64,000 nucleotides of DNA, from contig CAVPRW010000002.1 in the NCBI GenBank assembly GCA_963707985.1, positions 132,675-196,674 on the forward strand. The letters are read 5' to 3'. A program made the position numbers and the translations under genes. Shown here piece after piece: positions 21,583 to 31,828 of this stretch (its first letter is position 1; every line of letters starts with the position of its first letter). This stretch comes from an uncultured Nitrospinota bacterium (GTDB lineage Bacteria; Tectomicrobia; Entotheonellia; J063; CAVPRW01). The notes beneath the pieces were generated by a model. That model was not told where the DNA came from and did not search any database. It saw only the letters and a program-made list of their open reading frames with translations.

Positions 21583-24290
21583 CTAATGCGCCTCAAACCA
21601 GTTGCGGCCAGCGCCGACGTCGACTTTGATAGGGCACCGTCGAGCTGTATGGCGTGCTCCATTTCTTCGACGACAAGCGGTTTGACCACCTCAAGCTCGG
21701 CCAGGGGCACCTCGAACACCAACTCGTCATGCACCTGCAAGAGCATTTGCGCTTTGAGCCCCTCACGCCGCAAGCGTTCCCTAATGTTGATCATCGCCAG
21801 CTTGATGAGGTCGGCGCTGCTTCCCTGGACAGGGGTATTGATGGCCATGTTCTCCGCCGCGACGCGAATCCCCGGGTTGTCGCTGAACAGTTCGGGTAGG
21901 TAGCGCCGTCGCCCGAGCAGGGTCGTGACATAGCCCTGCTCGCGCGCCTTGTCGATGCATGCGACGGTGTACCGATGCACGCCCGGATAGGTGGCAAAGT
22001 AGGCTTCGATGAAGCGTTTTGCCTCCTCCAGAGAAATGTCGTTTTCGCGTGCCAGGCGTGTCGGTCCCATACCATAGATCACACCGAAGTTGATGGTTTT
22101 CGCCCGGGCGCGTTGTTCGGGAGTCACCTGCTCGGGCGGAACGCCAAAGATCTTGGATGCGGTGCGGCGATGCACATCTTCTCCGGAGCGGAACGATTCG
22201 ATCAAGGTCGCATCCTGCGACAGATGGGCCAGGATGCGCAGCTCGATCTGCGAATAATCCGCCGACAGTAGGCAGCGATCATCGGTCTCGGCGATGAAGG
22301 CCTTACGAATCTCCCGTCCTAACTCAGTTCGGGCCGGGATGTTCTGTAAATTGGGGTCTGATGACGATAGACGGCCTGTGGCCGCCACCGTCTGGTTATA
22401 TGACGTATGGACGCGTCCTGTGCGAGGATTAATCAATTGCGGCAGGGCATCGACGTAGGTGGATTTGAGCTTGGCCAACTGCCGGTATTCGAGGATTTTC
22501 TGTACCAGCGGATGGTCTTTGAATTGCTCGAGCGCGGCGACATCAGTAGAATAGCCGGTTTTGGTCTTGCGCACGCGTTTGAGGCCCTGAGCCTTGTGAA
22601 TCTCCAATTTCTCGAACAGGATCCGTCCCAATTGTTGGGTAGAGTTGATATTAAAGACCTCACCTGCGAGCCCGTGAATGTCATGGGTCAGCGTCAAGAG
22701 TTGGCGGTCCATCTCCTGGGACATCTGTTGTAGGAGAGGCACGTCGAGGCAGACTCCTGCTTGCTCCATCTCTTTGAGGACCACAATCAGAGGGATCTCG
22801 ACGCGCTGGAAGAGGTCCCAGGTCGCCGTCTCTTTGAGCTTGGCCTCCAAGAGATCTCGCAATCGCCAGGTGACATCGGCGTCCTCACAGGCATAGCGGG
22901 CAACGTCCTCGATCGGGACTTCACGCATCGTACGCTGGGCTCTGCCGGAGCCGATGAGGTCGGTGATGGGAATTTTCTTGATCTGCAGATACTCCAAGGC
23001 GAGGGCATCGAGATTGTGCTGGCGCCCCGAGGGGTTCACCACATAGGAGGCCACCATGGTGTCGAAGTCCACGCCCTGCAGCTCAATGCCATGACCGCTG
23101 AGAACCAGCATGTCGTATTTGATATTTTGACCACATTTCAAGATCGCCGGGTTCTCCAGAATCGGCTTCAACCCCTTCAGCACATAGTCCCCATCGTCGG
23201 GCTGTGGATCATCAGGGAACTGCACCGGCACACAATAAGCCTCGCCGGGCAGCCAAGCCAGCGAGACACAGACCAGCTCAGCATTCACGGGATCGAGGGC
23301 GGTGGTTTCGGTGTCGATCGCAAAGCGCTCAAGGGTCTGCAGTGTCTGGCATAGACGAGCGAATTCGACGCGGGAGCGGATGAGCTGATAACCTCGATGA
23401 TCGGCTGCGTTATGCACCGCGACCTGCCGCACCAGGCTCCCGAACTCCAGGTCCTGGAACAGGGCCGTGAGACGTGCGGCATCGCGTGGCCGTGGCGCCA
23501 GATCAGTGGGGGAACAGGGGATGGGGACGTCGAGGTGAATCGTCGCCAGCTCCTGGGACAGGCGTGCCATCTCGATATTGGCCAGGATCTTATCGGCCAC
23601 ACCTTTGGGTTTGATCTCCGCCGCCCTGGCCAGGATGGTCTCCAGGTCGCCATAGTCCTGGATCAGTTTTACCGCTGTCTTCTCACCGATGCCTCGCACC
23701 CCTGGAATATTGTCCGAGCTATCGCCCATCAGGGCCAGGACGTCGATGACACGCTCCGGTGGCACACCGAATTTCTGCTGCACGCCAGCCGGATCGAGGA
23801 TCTCTTGTTGGTTATCCACGCGGCGGAGGCTGTAGATCTTGACGTGTGGCGACACCAACTGCATCAAGTCCTTATCCGCTGTCACCAGGTAGGTCTTGAG
23901 GCCTGCCCGCTCGGCCTGTTTAGCCAACGTGCCCATGACATCGTCGGCTTCAAAGCCGGCGAGCTCGATCAGTGCCACCCCCAGCGCCTCAGTTACCTCT
24001 TTCAAGCGCGGCCATTGGCCACTCAGCTCATCCGGCATCTTCTGCCGCGTCGCTTTATAGTCAGCAAACCGCTCGTGGCGGAAGGTCGGTTCCGGGGTAT
24101 CAAAGGCCACTGCCATGTATTCAGGCTTCTCCTGCCCCAGGATATCGAGCAGCGTGCGGGTATACCCGAAGACCGCGCTGGTATTTTCGCCCTTCGAATT
24201 GATCAGCGGGTTGCGGATGAAGGCGAAATAAGAGCGATACGCCAGAGCTGACCCGTCGATGAGGAACAATCGCGGTGTCTTCGTCATCAT
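21583..24290 (-). CDS. polA: DNA polymerase I (apparent frameshift in the last ~20 codons)
   Basis: LIDG..YR 5' nuclease, DTET, TGRLSSSDPNLQNIP, ADYSQIELRILAH, QVHDEL; canonical end VDVGAGRNWFEAH* lies in another frame. Confidence 0.96.
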
Positions 24291-24601
24291 GTCTCCTTTA
24301 CAGGCAGAGGTCTGCTCCCCCTGAGCGTGGGGAGAGCACCGGGATGTTTCACGTAATGGAGTCTTCGTTACTATACATGAGCGGCTCGCACGGCTCAACC
24401 GCCCACCCCTGGTACCCGTGCGTGGCCTGGAATATGATATAGTGACTGCCCGGGCCTGTGCGGCTCAGATGGCAGAACCAAGGCTTGAGGCCGCTCGTCA
24501 CCGTGTTTTCACCTTGACAGGATGTTTTGGGGCGAGCGGAGCGCAGCCAGCGGTTGTAGTGTGTGCGATCATGGTTGCAGATGACCGGCTGGATGGTTGA
24601 T

Positions 24602-25379
24602 ATGGAGCTGAACACCCTTCACCGATCCAACGCAGACCGACAAGGGCATGCCCCGGGATCAGTCATCGATCGCCCGTCCACCCTGCCGTCCCGGTCACGC
24701 ATAGGGCGTTGGATACGACTCGCCCTCCTGAGCGTCCCCTGCCTGGGGCTCGCGACGCTCTTCCTCGCCCCATGGCTGTTTCCGGGTCCTCCAGCGGGGC
24801 ACTTTACCGTCACCCCACCCCATCCCACAGAAGTAGGGGATCGGCTGGTCGGCCCGGTCCGCTATACCCTGGAGGCCCGTGCCGCCGAGCAGTGGACGTA
24901 TTTCGATTTCTCGCGTGGGGCGGTCGTGGACGTCCCGCATCAGTTCGGGGTCACTTGGGACCTGGCCTTCCAGCGCCATAAAATTCTCTCCAACGGCGGC
25001 GCCACCAACCCGAAGGGGAGGGGAGCCATCCTGAACCTTGGCCCAGTGGCCTTCGATGAGGTTCTGGGAGGCCCCGGTGGAGGGGTACATCGAGGACACC
25101 ATCGCCGCCATCAATCCGGAGATGATCACCACGGAGAATCTCGCCATCAAAGCCTGGTATCACTACAATTTTCTCACCCATGTGCTGCAACCGAAGGCGC
25201 ATGTCTACATCATACGCACCGCCGATGGGAAGTATGCCAAGATGCGTCTCCTCAGTTACTATTGCGACGGCGGTCAGGCGTCCGGTTGCTTCACCCTCGA
25301 GTATGTCTACCAGGGCGATGGTAGCCGGCGTTTCGTCCCGAATCCGTCCATCCATTCTGAGGTTGGAGAGAGCCGGTAA
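24602..25379 (+). CDS. HmuY-like heme-binding protein, frameshift near 25070
   Basis: WTYFDFS, WDLAFQR..I.SNGG; WYHYN..H..P..VYIIRTADGKYAK..L.YY. Confidence 0.75.
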
Positions 25380-25610
25380 ATTTTGCGGCTGACCCCGATG
25401 GTCTCGCGCATCAGTTTGCCTGCAACGGGCACTATCTTGGTGCGGCCGCTCGCAGGCCACACGGAGGTGCCCCTCTGTGGCACGGTCCTCACCCGTCGCT
25501 ATACCGCCCTTCTGGGCTCGGCGGAACACCCGACCACGGCTATCACACAGCACAGCTCTCAAGAAGAAAGTCGTGTGGATCTACGATGCGCAGGTTGATG
25601 GAGGGCGAGG

Positions 25611-27335
25611 TCATCCTGAAGACTCTCGGGTGTTGCGCAGGAGGCGCCGCAGCATTTTGCCGGCTGCACTGATTGGCAATGCATCTCTGAACTCGATGAG
25701 GCGTGGCACTTTGTACGGCATCAAGCGCTCCTGGCAGAACGACAGCAGATCCGTCGTGCTAGTGCGCTGGCGATGATTTTTCTTGAGCACGACGAAGGCC
25801 TTCACCGCTTCGCCCCGATAGGCATCATCGACGCCGACCACCGCGGCTATCTCGACGGCCGGATGAGCATAGAGCACCTCTTCGACCTCGCGCGGCCAGA
25901 CCTTGAAGCCAGCAGTGTTGATTTGATCTTTCGTGCGATCGACGATGAAAAAGTACCCGTCGCCATCCATCTGCGCCACGTCACCGGTGTGAAACCAGCC
26001 TCCTGCCATCGCCGCGGCGGTCTCCTCGGGTCGGTTCCAATAGCCTTGCATGACCTGTGGTCCGCGGATGAGCAGCTCCCCAGGCTCGCCTTCGGGAAGA
26101 TCGGCCCCCGTCACCAGGTCCACGATTTTGGCATCGGTATCCGCAATTGGGATGCCAATGGAGCCGGGCTTGGCGCGGTGGATTGGGTTCGCATGCGTGA
26201 GCGGACTGGTTTCGGTCAATCCATAGCCTTCGACCAACACCTCGCGGCCGACCAACTCGTCAAAGGCTGCCTTGACGCTCGGTGGCAGTGGAGCAGCATT
26301 CGTTCGGCAAGCTCGCAGGGAAGCGTAGTCGGCGCGGCGACTGTCCACATGATTTAGCAAGGCGATAAACATGGTGGGAACGCCGAACAGCCGGGTGGCA
26401 CGATATCGTTCCACAGCCTGCGCGACAGCTGTGGGACGAAAGCGCGACAGGACCAGGAGTGTCGCCCCAGCGTAAAGTGGAATGTTCATGGCACCAGACA
26501 TGCCACCGCTGTGGAACATGGGCAGCACCCCGAGACAAATCTCGGCGCCAGGCTCGAAGGCATACCATTCGCCAAATTGCACGGTGTTGGCGACGATGTT
26601 GCGATGTGTGAGCATCGCCCCCTTAGGTGTTCCGGTGGTGCCGCCAGTATACAAGATGACCGCCACGTCTTTACTGGCATCGATAGCCGGCGTCTTAAGC
26701 GGCCGGCCATCTTCGATCAGCAGGTCTTCAAAGGGGATAGCATCCTTCATAGAGGAGCTGCCAGCCTCTGAGCTGAGCACGAGGGGAATCCCCATGTCGT
26801 TGGCAACGGTAGCGGTCGTCGTGGCCCCACCAGACGCGGCGATGAGCAAGGAGGCCTCAGTGTCACCGAGTTGGTACTTGAGCTCCGAGCCCGTGGCCAC
26901 AGGATTGATTGGGACCACCGTGGCTCCGGCTAGCCAGGTAGCATAGAAGCTGGTGATCAACGCCGGCGAGTTCGGCAGGCACAACGCCACTCGTGCCCCG
27001 TGGCCAATGCCAAGGCGCTGCAGACCCACCGCCAGGGCTCGCGCCCGGGTGGCGAGGGCGGCATAGGTGAGCGTTTCGCGCTCGGCAAGGGTATCGTGAT
27101 CGAGATAGCGGATGGCGATGCGTTCTGGGTACCTATCGAGGTTGTGCTCCAGGATCCACCAAGCCGGGGCCAGCGGGTAGTCAAGAGCATAGGGAAGATG
27201 GGAAGGCCAGACTCTGAACCACGGACGGCACGACTTATCTGACGATGGGCGATGCCAGGGAGACTCAAGACTTTCTGCAGACACTCTCTGGGGGCTCCTC
27301 TGCAGGATGGGGAGATGACACACCCCCCTCTCCAT
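25611..27335 (-). CDS. Long-chain acyl-CoA ligase / AMP-binding enzyme (start probably GTG 27284)
   Basis: YTGGTTGTPKG, EGYGLTET, WFHTGD, DRTKD, GKMLRR. Confidence 0.93.
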   Translation of the reverse strand: MERGVCHLPILQRSPQRVSAESLESPWHRPSSDKSCRPWFRVWPSHLPYALDYPLAPAWWILEHNLDRYPERIAIRYLDHDTLAERETLTYAALATRARALAVGLQRLGIGHGARVALCLPNSPALITSFYATWLAGATVVPINPVATGSELKYQLGDTEASLLIAASGGATTTATVANDMGIPLVLSSEAGSSSMKDAIPFEDLLIEDGRPLKTPAIDASKDVAVILYTGGTTGTPKGAMLTHRNIVANTVQFGEWYAFEPGAEICLGVLPMFHSGGMSGAMNIPLYAGATLLVLSRFRPTAVAQAVERYRATRLFGVPTMFIALLNHVDSRRADYASLRACRTNAAPLPPSVKAAFDELVGREVLVEGYGLTETSPLTHANPIHRAKPGSIGIPIADTDAKIVDLVTGADLPEGEPGELLIRGPQVMQGYWNRPEETAAAMAGGWFHTGDVAQMDGDGYFFIVDRTKDQINTAGFKVWPREVEEVLYAHPAVEIAAVVGVDDAYRGEAVKAFVVLKKNHRQRTSTTDLLSFCQERLMPYKVPRLIEFRDALPISAAGKMLRRLLRNTRESSG

Positions 27336-27421
27336 CTGGGAAAGGGCTAGGGTGAGGAAAGTCCAAGCGCTCGATCACGACCGGCCGCCCTCACCCTGAC
27401 CCTCTGCCGAAGGGAGAGGGA
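27326..27421. repeat. REP-like palindromic pair (CCCTCTCC..GGGAGAGGG family)
   Basis: AGGGCTAGGGTGAGG...CCCTCACCCTGACCCTCT; similar to 55797-55931. Confidence 0.7.
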
Positions 27422-27473
27422 AGACCGCGAACAGCTTGCCATGGCGTCTGAGTCCAGCAGAGAGTGTCAGTGA

Positions 27474-28031
27474 TCATACCACCTGGACGGTTTCGTCGAG
27501 GCTGTAGCCCAACTCGAGCGCGCGCAAGTTCTCCGCGTGGAAGCGGGGGATCACTGCCAGCATGGCCTTGCGCATGGCGTCAACATCCATACCAGCCACG
27601 CGCGTGAGAGCGCCGAGCATGATCATATTGGCGAACAGCGGCTTATCGAAGTGTTGCTTCGAGAGTGCCGTCGCCGCAATGGCTACGTGACGCTCAGGCG
27701 CATCGGTGCGAACCTCTTCGACCATTTCAGGATCGTAGAGGACCTTGCCCGTACAATAGTCGTAGAATTTCTTGTAGGCAGGAGCGGAAAAGGCGACGAA
27801 GATATCGGCGTTCTCCACCACCGGGCTGTCCACATAGTCGGGCGCGATGACTACTTGCGCGCGCACATACCCGCCACGGGTCTCGGTGCCGTGGCTTTTG
27901 AGCATGGTGACGCGATGGCCCTGATTGATGGCGCACAGGCCTAGGATCTGTCCCATGCGGATCACACCCTGCCCGCCAAAGCCCGAAATCAGGATCTCGG
28001 TGCGCGTTCTGGCTGGAGCTTGTGTCGCCAT
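27474..28031 (-). CDS. 2-oxoacid:ferredoxin oxidoreductase gamma subunit
   Basis: ISGFGGQGVI, GTETRGG, NMIMLGAL. Confidence 0.92.
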   Translation of the reverse strand: MATQAPARTRTEILISGFGGQGVIRMGQILGLCAINQGHRVTMLKSHGTETRGGYVRAQVVIAPDYVDSPVVENADIFVAFSAPAYKKFYDYCTGKVLYDPEMVEEVRTDAPERHVAIAATALSKQHFDKPLFANMIMLGALTRVAGMDVDAMRKAMLAVIPRFHAENLRALELGYSLDETVQVV

Positions 28032-28032
28032 C

Positions 28033-28881
28033 TCAATGCGCTCCATTCCCCGGGCCGGTTGAGGCCATGCGCTCCTGCACTCGTTGTTGCAAGTCGCGCA
28101 GAAGCGAAGAAAATTCCGGCCGGCTATTGGAGGCATCGTGCTTGATACCGGTTTCCCAGCGGAAGTCGCTATCGCTACCGTCGGCTTTCCTGCCCGTCGT
28201 ATGCTCTTCGATCCATTCCAAGTTTTTCAGAGTATCGCGTGTCCCCAGAGCATAGGCGCCAAAATTCTCGTTGCAGGGAAAACGCACGTGAACAAAGGAA
28301 AAACCGTCGTTCTCCAGCGCCTTCTTGAAGACTTTGACGCTCTGGGTCCACTGCGTGGCCGTAGTCTCGGCCACGAAAGTGGCACCCGCAGCCTTGACGA
28401 TATCACAGGGGTCGAAGGAGGGCTCGACCATGCCGTAAGGACTAGAGTTGGTTACGTAGCCTGCCGGCGTGGTTGGAGAAAATTGCCCACCGGTGGACTC
28501 ATAACCCATGTTGTCCTCGCAGATGACCGTGACGCCTAAATTGCGGCGCGCTGCATGGATCAGGTGCGAAGTCCCGATCGAGGCGGCATCGCCGTCACCC
28601 ACGACGATGATGTACTTCTTGTCGGGCTGGGCGATTTTCAGCCCGGTCGCTACGGCCAGGGCACGCCCATGGGTGGCTCCAAAGTTATCCCCGCCCCAGG
28701 TGCCGTAAGTTTGACGCCCGACACAGCCGATGCCGGTGCCGAACACCACGTCTTCTTGTTTGTAGCCGGCCTGATCGATGGCCTGCAGAATCCAGTTTTC
28801 GATCATACCGATGCCACAGCCGTGACAGGCTTTGGTGGGGATCTGACTTGGGCGTAAGTATTTCGCCGCCAGTTTGTTCAT
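28033..28881 (-). CDS. 2-oxoacid:ferredoxin oxidoreductase beta subunit
   Basis: CHGCG, GIGC, THGRA, GDGD..IG, TGGQFSPT. Confidence 0.93.
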   Translation of the reverse strand: MNKLAAKYLRPSQIPTKACHGCGIGMIENWILQAIDQAGYKQEDVVFGTGIGCVGRQTYGTWGGDNFGATHGRALAVATGLKIAQPDKKYIIVVGDGDAASIGTSHLIHAARRNLGVTVICEDNMGYESTGGQFSPTTPAGYVTNSSPYGMVEPSFDPCDIVKAAGATFVAETTATQWTQSVKVFKKALENDGFSFVHVRFPCNENFGAYALGTRDTLKNLEWIEEHTTGRKADGSDSDFRWETGIKHDASNSRPEFSSLLRDLQQRVQERMASTGPGNGAH

Positions 28882-30122
28882 TACCTGACCTCCGTCCAGA
28901 TATAGGGCAGTTCGGGGATACGGTGGTTCGTGACTACGCCGTCGAGGGCCTGCACCAGCTCGCTGACGGTGTGCAATTCGGCACTCTTCCCCATGAAATG
29001 TACCTTGGATTTATCGGGAACGGCACGCATGACCTCTCGCACCAGCTGCCCATCGTAGTTCAGCTCACAGACCAGATAGCGGGTGTCCCTGGAAAACAGC
29101 TCGTCGGCAAATGGCCACAGCGAGATGAGCCGCAGAAATCCGGCTTTGATGCCGCGCCGACGTGCCTCCAGCACCCCAGTCTTGACCGTGCGCGCCGGGG
29201 CGCCGTAGGCCACCGCGATCACCTCGGCGTCGTCCAGGCCAACGGCTTCATAGCGTAACAGTTGGTCCTTGTGGTGCCTGATCTTATTGACCAGACGATA
29301 GGTTTGCGCCCACTGCGCTTCCATCTCCTCGATATCGTAGCCCTCTTCGGTATGGGTGTAGGCTGACACGCAGACGCCGGTGCCCAGACCGATGATATTG
29401 GGCGGCACATCGATGTCTGAAGAGTTGAGCGGGTAGAACGGCATCTGGTAATTGTGGCGACGCGGCACGACGATATCGGCCAGCGCGTCATAGTCATCCG
29501 GGATGAACAGATCTTCCCACATGTCCGAGATGACCTGGTCGGTAAGGACCGTCACCACCGTGCGAAAACGCTCAGCCAGATTGAAGGCATCGATGGTCAG
29601 CCAGAAGGTCTCCTGGACACTGGCCGGGGACAGCACGATGGTTTCGATGTTGCCACCCTGGCTGCAGTAGCGCGACACGTAAAACTCGCCCTGCCCTGGT
29701 GCTCCCGTGATGCCGCTCACCGGCCCGACGCGCATGGCATCCACCACCACCAACGGGATCTCATTGGCGATCGCCCAACCGTACGCATCATGCATCAACG
29801 TGTACCCAGGGCCCGAGGTCGCGGTCATCGCCTTCAGCCCGCCCAGGCTGGCGCCGGCGCACATGTGCATGCCCGCTAGCTCGTCCTCCGCTTGCACGTA
29901 ATACCCCCCAACCTGTGGGAGACGCTTGGACATGTACTCCGCGATGTCAGTCGCCGGGGTGATGGGATAGCCGGCAAATACCCGACAGCCAGCGGCGATC
30001 GCGCCTTCGGTGAGAGCATAGGTCCCGGCCTCCAGCAAGCGCCGTCCCTTTTGATAGCGCTGGCTCCACTCACTCCAGGGTGCTACTAACTCCTCGTGTA
30101 GCGCGACATCACCCATGGCCAT
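28881..30122 (-). CDS. 2-oxoacid:ferredoxin oxidoreductase alpha subunit
   Basis: FAGYPITPAT, QAEDE, TATSGPG. Confidence 0.93.
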   Translation of the reverse strand: MAMGDVALHEELVAPWSEWSQRYQKGRRLLEAGTYALTEGAIAAGCRVFAGYPITPATDIAEYMSKRLPQVGGYYVQAEDELAGMHMCAGASLGGLKAMTATSGPGYTLMHDAYGWAIANEIPLVVVDAMRVGPVSGITGAPGQGEFYVSRYCSQGGNIETIVLSPASVQETFWLTIDAFNLAERFRTVVTVLTDQVISDMWEDLFIPDDYDALADIVVPRRHNYQMPFYPLNSSDIDVPPNIIGLGTGVCVSAYTHTEEGYDIEEMEAQWAQTYRLVNKIRHHKDQLLRYEAVGLDDAEVIAVAYGAPARTVKTGVLEARRRGIKAGFLRLISLWPFADELFSRDTRYLVCELNYDGQLVREVMRAVPDKSKVHFMGKSAELHTVSELVQALDGVVTNHRIPELPYIWTEVR

Positions 30123-30158
30123 GGCGTCGATCCTCTCTCTTCGCGTACTGTGCCGGCC

Positions 30159-30437
30159 TTAACTGGCCGACGGCGCAACAAGTTCCTTTGCAGACACATC
30201 GATGCAGAAGTCCGGGCAGATCTGGAAGCACAGCATACACCCGATGCAGTTCGCCTCTGTTTCGACAAACATGGGCACCCATCCAAGTTTGTTCGGGCCT
30301 TTGCGCCAGGCGAAGACGTCCACCGGGCAGACATTGAGACAGAAACCGCAAGCTTTGCACATGTCTTCGCTGATCACGACATCCCACTTACCAGCGTTCT
30401 TCGTGAATTGCTTCTTTTCGGCCTTGAACAGGGCCAT
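30159..30437 (-). CDS. 2[4Fe-4S] ferredoxin (delta subunit)
   Basis: CKACGFCLNVCP and CIGCMLCFQICP. Confidence 0.92.
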   Translation of the reverse strand: MALFKAEKKQFTKNAGKWDVVISEDMCKACGFCLNVCPVDVFAWRKGPNKLGWVPMFVETEANCIGCMLCFQICPDFCIDVSAKELVAPSAS

Positions 30438-30941
30438 CGTCCTCTCCAACTTTCGACGCTGCCTCGGCCCCACCGTGTGGGGTGGTCGTCATCGCGACAG
30501 ACATGCGGTAAATTTTCTCAAGATTTGCAAGTATTTATCTACCATACTGGTAGTGATAGCTGGTCCAGCATACAAGCCTTGGCGGGACGATGTCAAGCAC
30601 AACACGAGACGTCCGGATGCCCGCCAGATGCCGGTGCAGGGAAGATCTTCCGGAGTCCACTGACCGCGCCATCAAGGCGGGCCCTCTGTCGCACTAGTAG
30701 TAGCGCTCACCAGGCGGCGTGATGCGTGATGCGGGCGCTCCTATGCCAAACTTTGTCCTCCAGCGAAAGCTCCATCAAGGCCTGTTTGAATTGTCGAATC
30801 TGTGACGGAACGCCACCTGCAGGATGGCCTGATCAAGCTCATGCATGGCTGATCAGGCCAAAGTACGAATGGAGCCCCCTGCCGAAGCCGGTGCTCCCAG
30901 CGCGTAATGTGTGTAGGATGAACCCCGTCTCTACTGGTCTC

Positions 30942-31705
30942 TCAGAAGAGAGCCGCGGGAGTGGCAATACCCTCAAAATCTTCGTCAGTGGCAGGATTGA
31001 TGAGGGAGGTGCCAAGTTCGTGGTCGATAAACCAGTAGGCCTGCTTTAAATGATGTGTACTGTGGCTCAAAATGATGGTCAGCAGTTCGAGGACGGTTAC
31101 CTCTCCGCCATAATGGGCCGGGACCACTCGATCAAAGGCGGCCATGTCGTTGCTCTGCAAGAAGGCGATGAGATGCTGACGGACGCCTTCGCCGTATGCA
31201 GCTAATCGCCGACGTCTGCAGACCTTTTAGTCGGGCATTCGACGCGTGCATATCGTCCGTACTCATACTGCCCTGTTGGTGGCTGAGCCAAGCCAGTTCG
31301 GGAAATGAGAGCACATGCATCATCAGGTCCCGCAATGTCCATCTCTCACGCCAAGGCAGGTGCTGTTGCAGCTGCTCATTGGAGAGCTGTTGGACGGCCC
31401 GAACCGTCGCTCCCAGCATAGTCTCGTACTTTGTCCCCCAACCAGCGGGTCTTGCCGGATAGATCGACCTGAATGTCCAGCTTCAACGCGGGAATCAGTT
31501 TTCTGGGGTAATAGCCGATGATGACCTCGTCATCATCGATTATGGTCACAGGCAAGGATAAAATACCGCGGCTTTGCAGATATTCTCGGGCAACCTCATC
31601 GGTGGCCACATCGTAGTGTTCATACCGAACACGGTTGGACGCGAGGAACTCCTCAAGCGTCCGACAACTGAATCAACCAGGATGGGTATACACCTGTACC
31701 TTCAT
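30942..31705 (-). CDS. Glutaredoxin (UxxC)-DinB fusion selenoprotein; Sec TGA 31675-31673; apparent frameshifts near 31431 and 31205
   Basis: MKVQVYTHPG-U-FSC-RTLEEFL..YDV..SLPVTII..IIGY (Grx/NrdH fold), then WTLRDLMMH..SHSTHHLKQ (DinB His motif). Confidence 0.8.
31634..31668 (-). promoter_or_regulatory. Putative bacterial SECIS element
   Basis: GTTGTC-GGACGC-TT bulge-GAGG-AGTT loop-CCTC-GCGTCC-AAC starting 5 nt after the TGA. Confidence 0.75.
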
Positions 31706-31828
31706 GGGGTTCTCCCGTATGCCTTGGTGTGCTCCAGGTAAAGCTTCAGAAATGCATAGGGGCGCACGAAATGCGCCCCTATCTTTCAATGCGGTCAACT
31801 GGACTACAGTCTGCCGCGCAATGCACCC

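Noticed and set aside
21561..21660. Novel C-terminal extension of PolA overlapping Uma2
   Set aside because: The canonical ending is present in another frame; most likely an indel artefact
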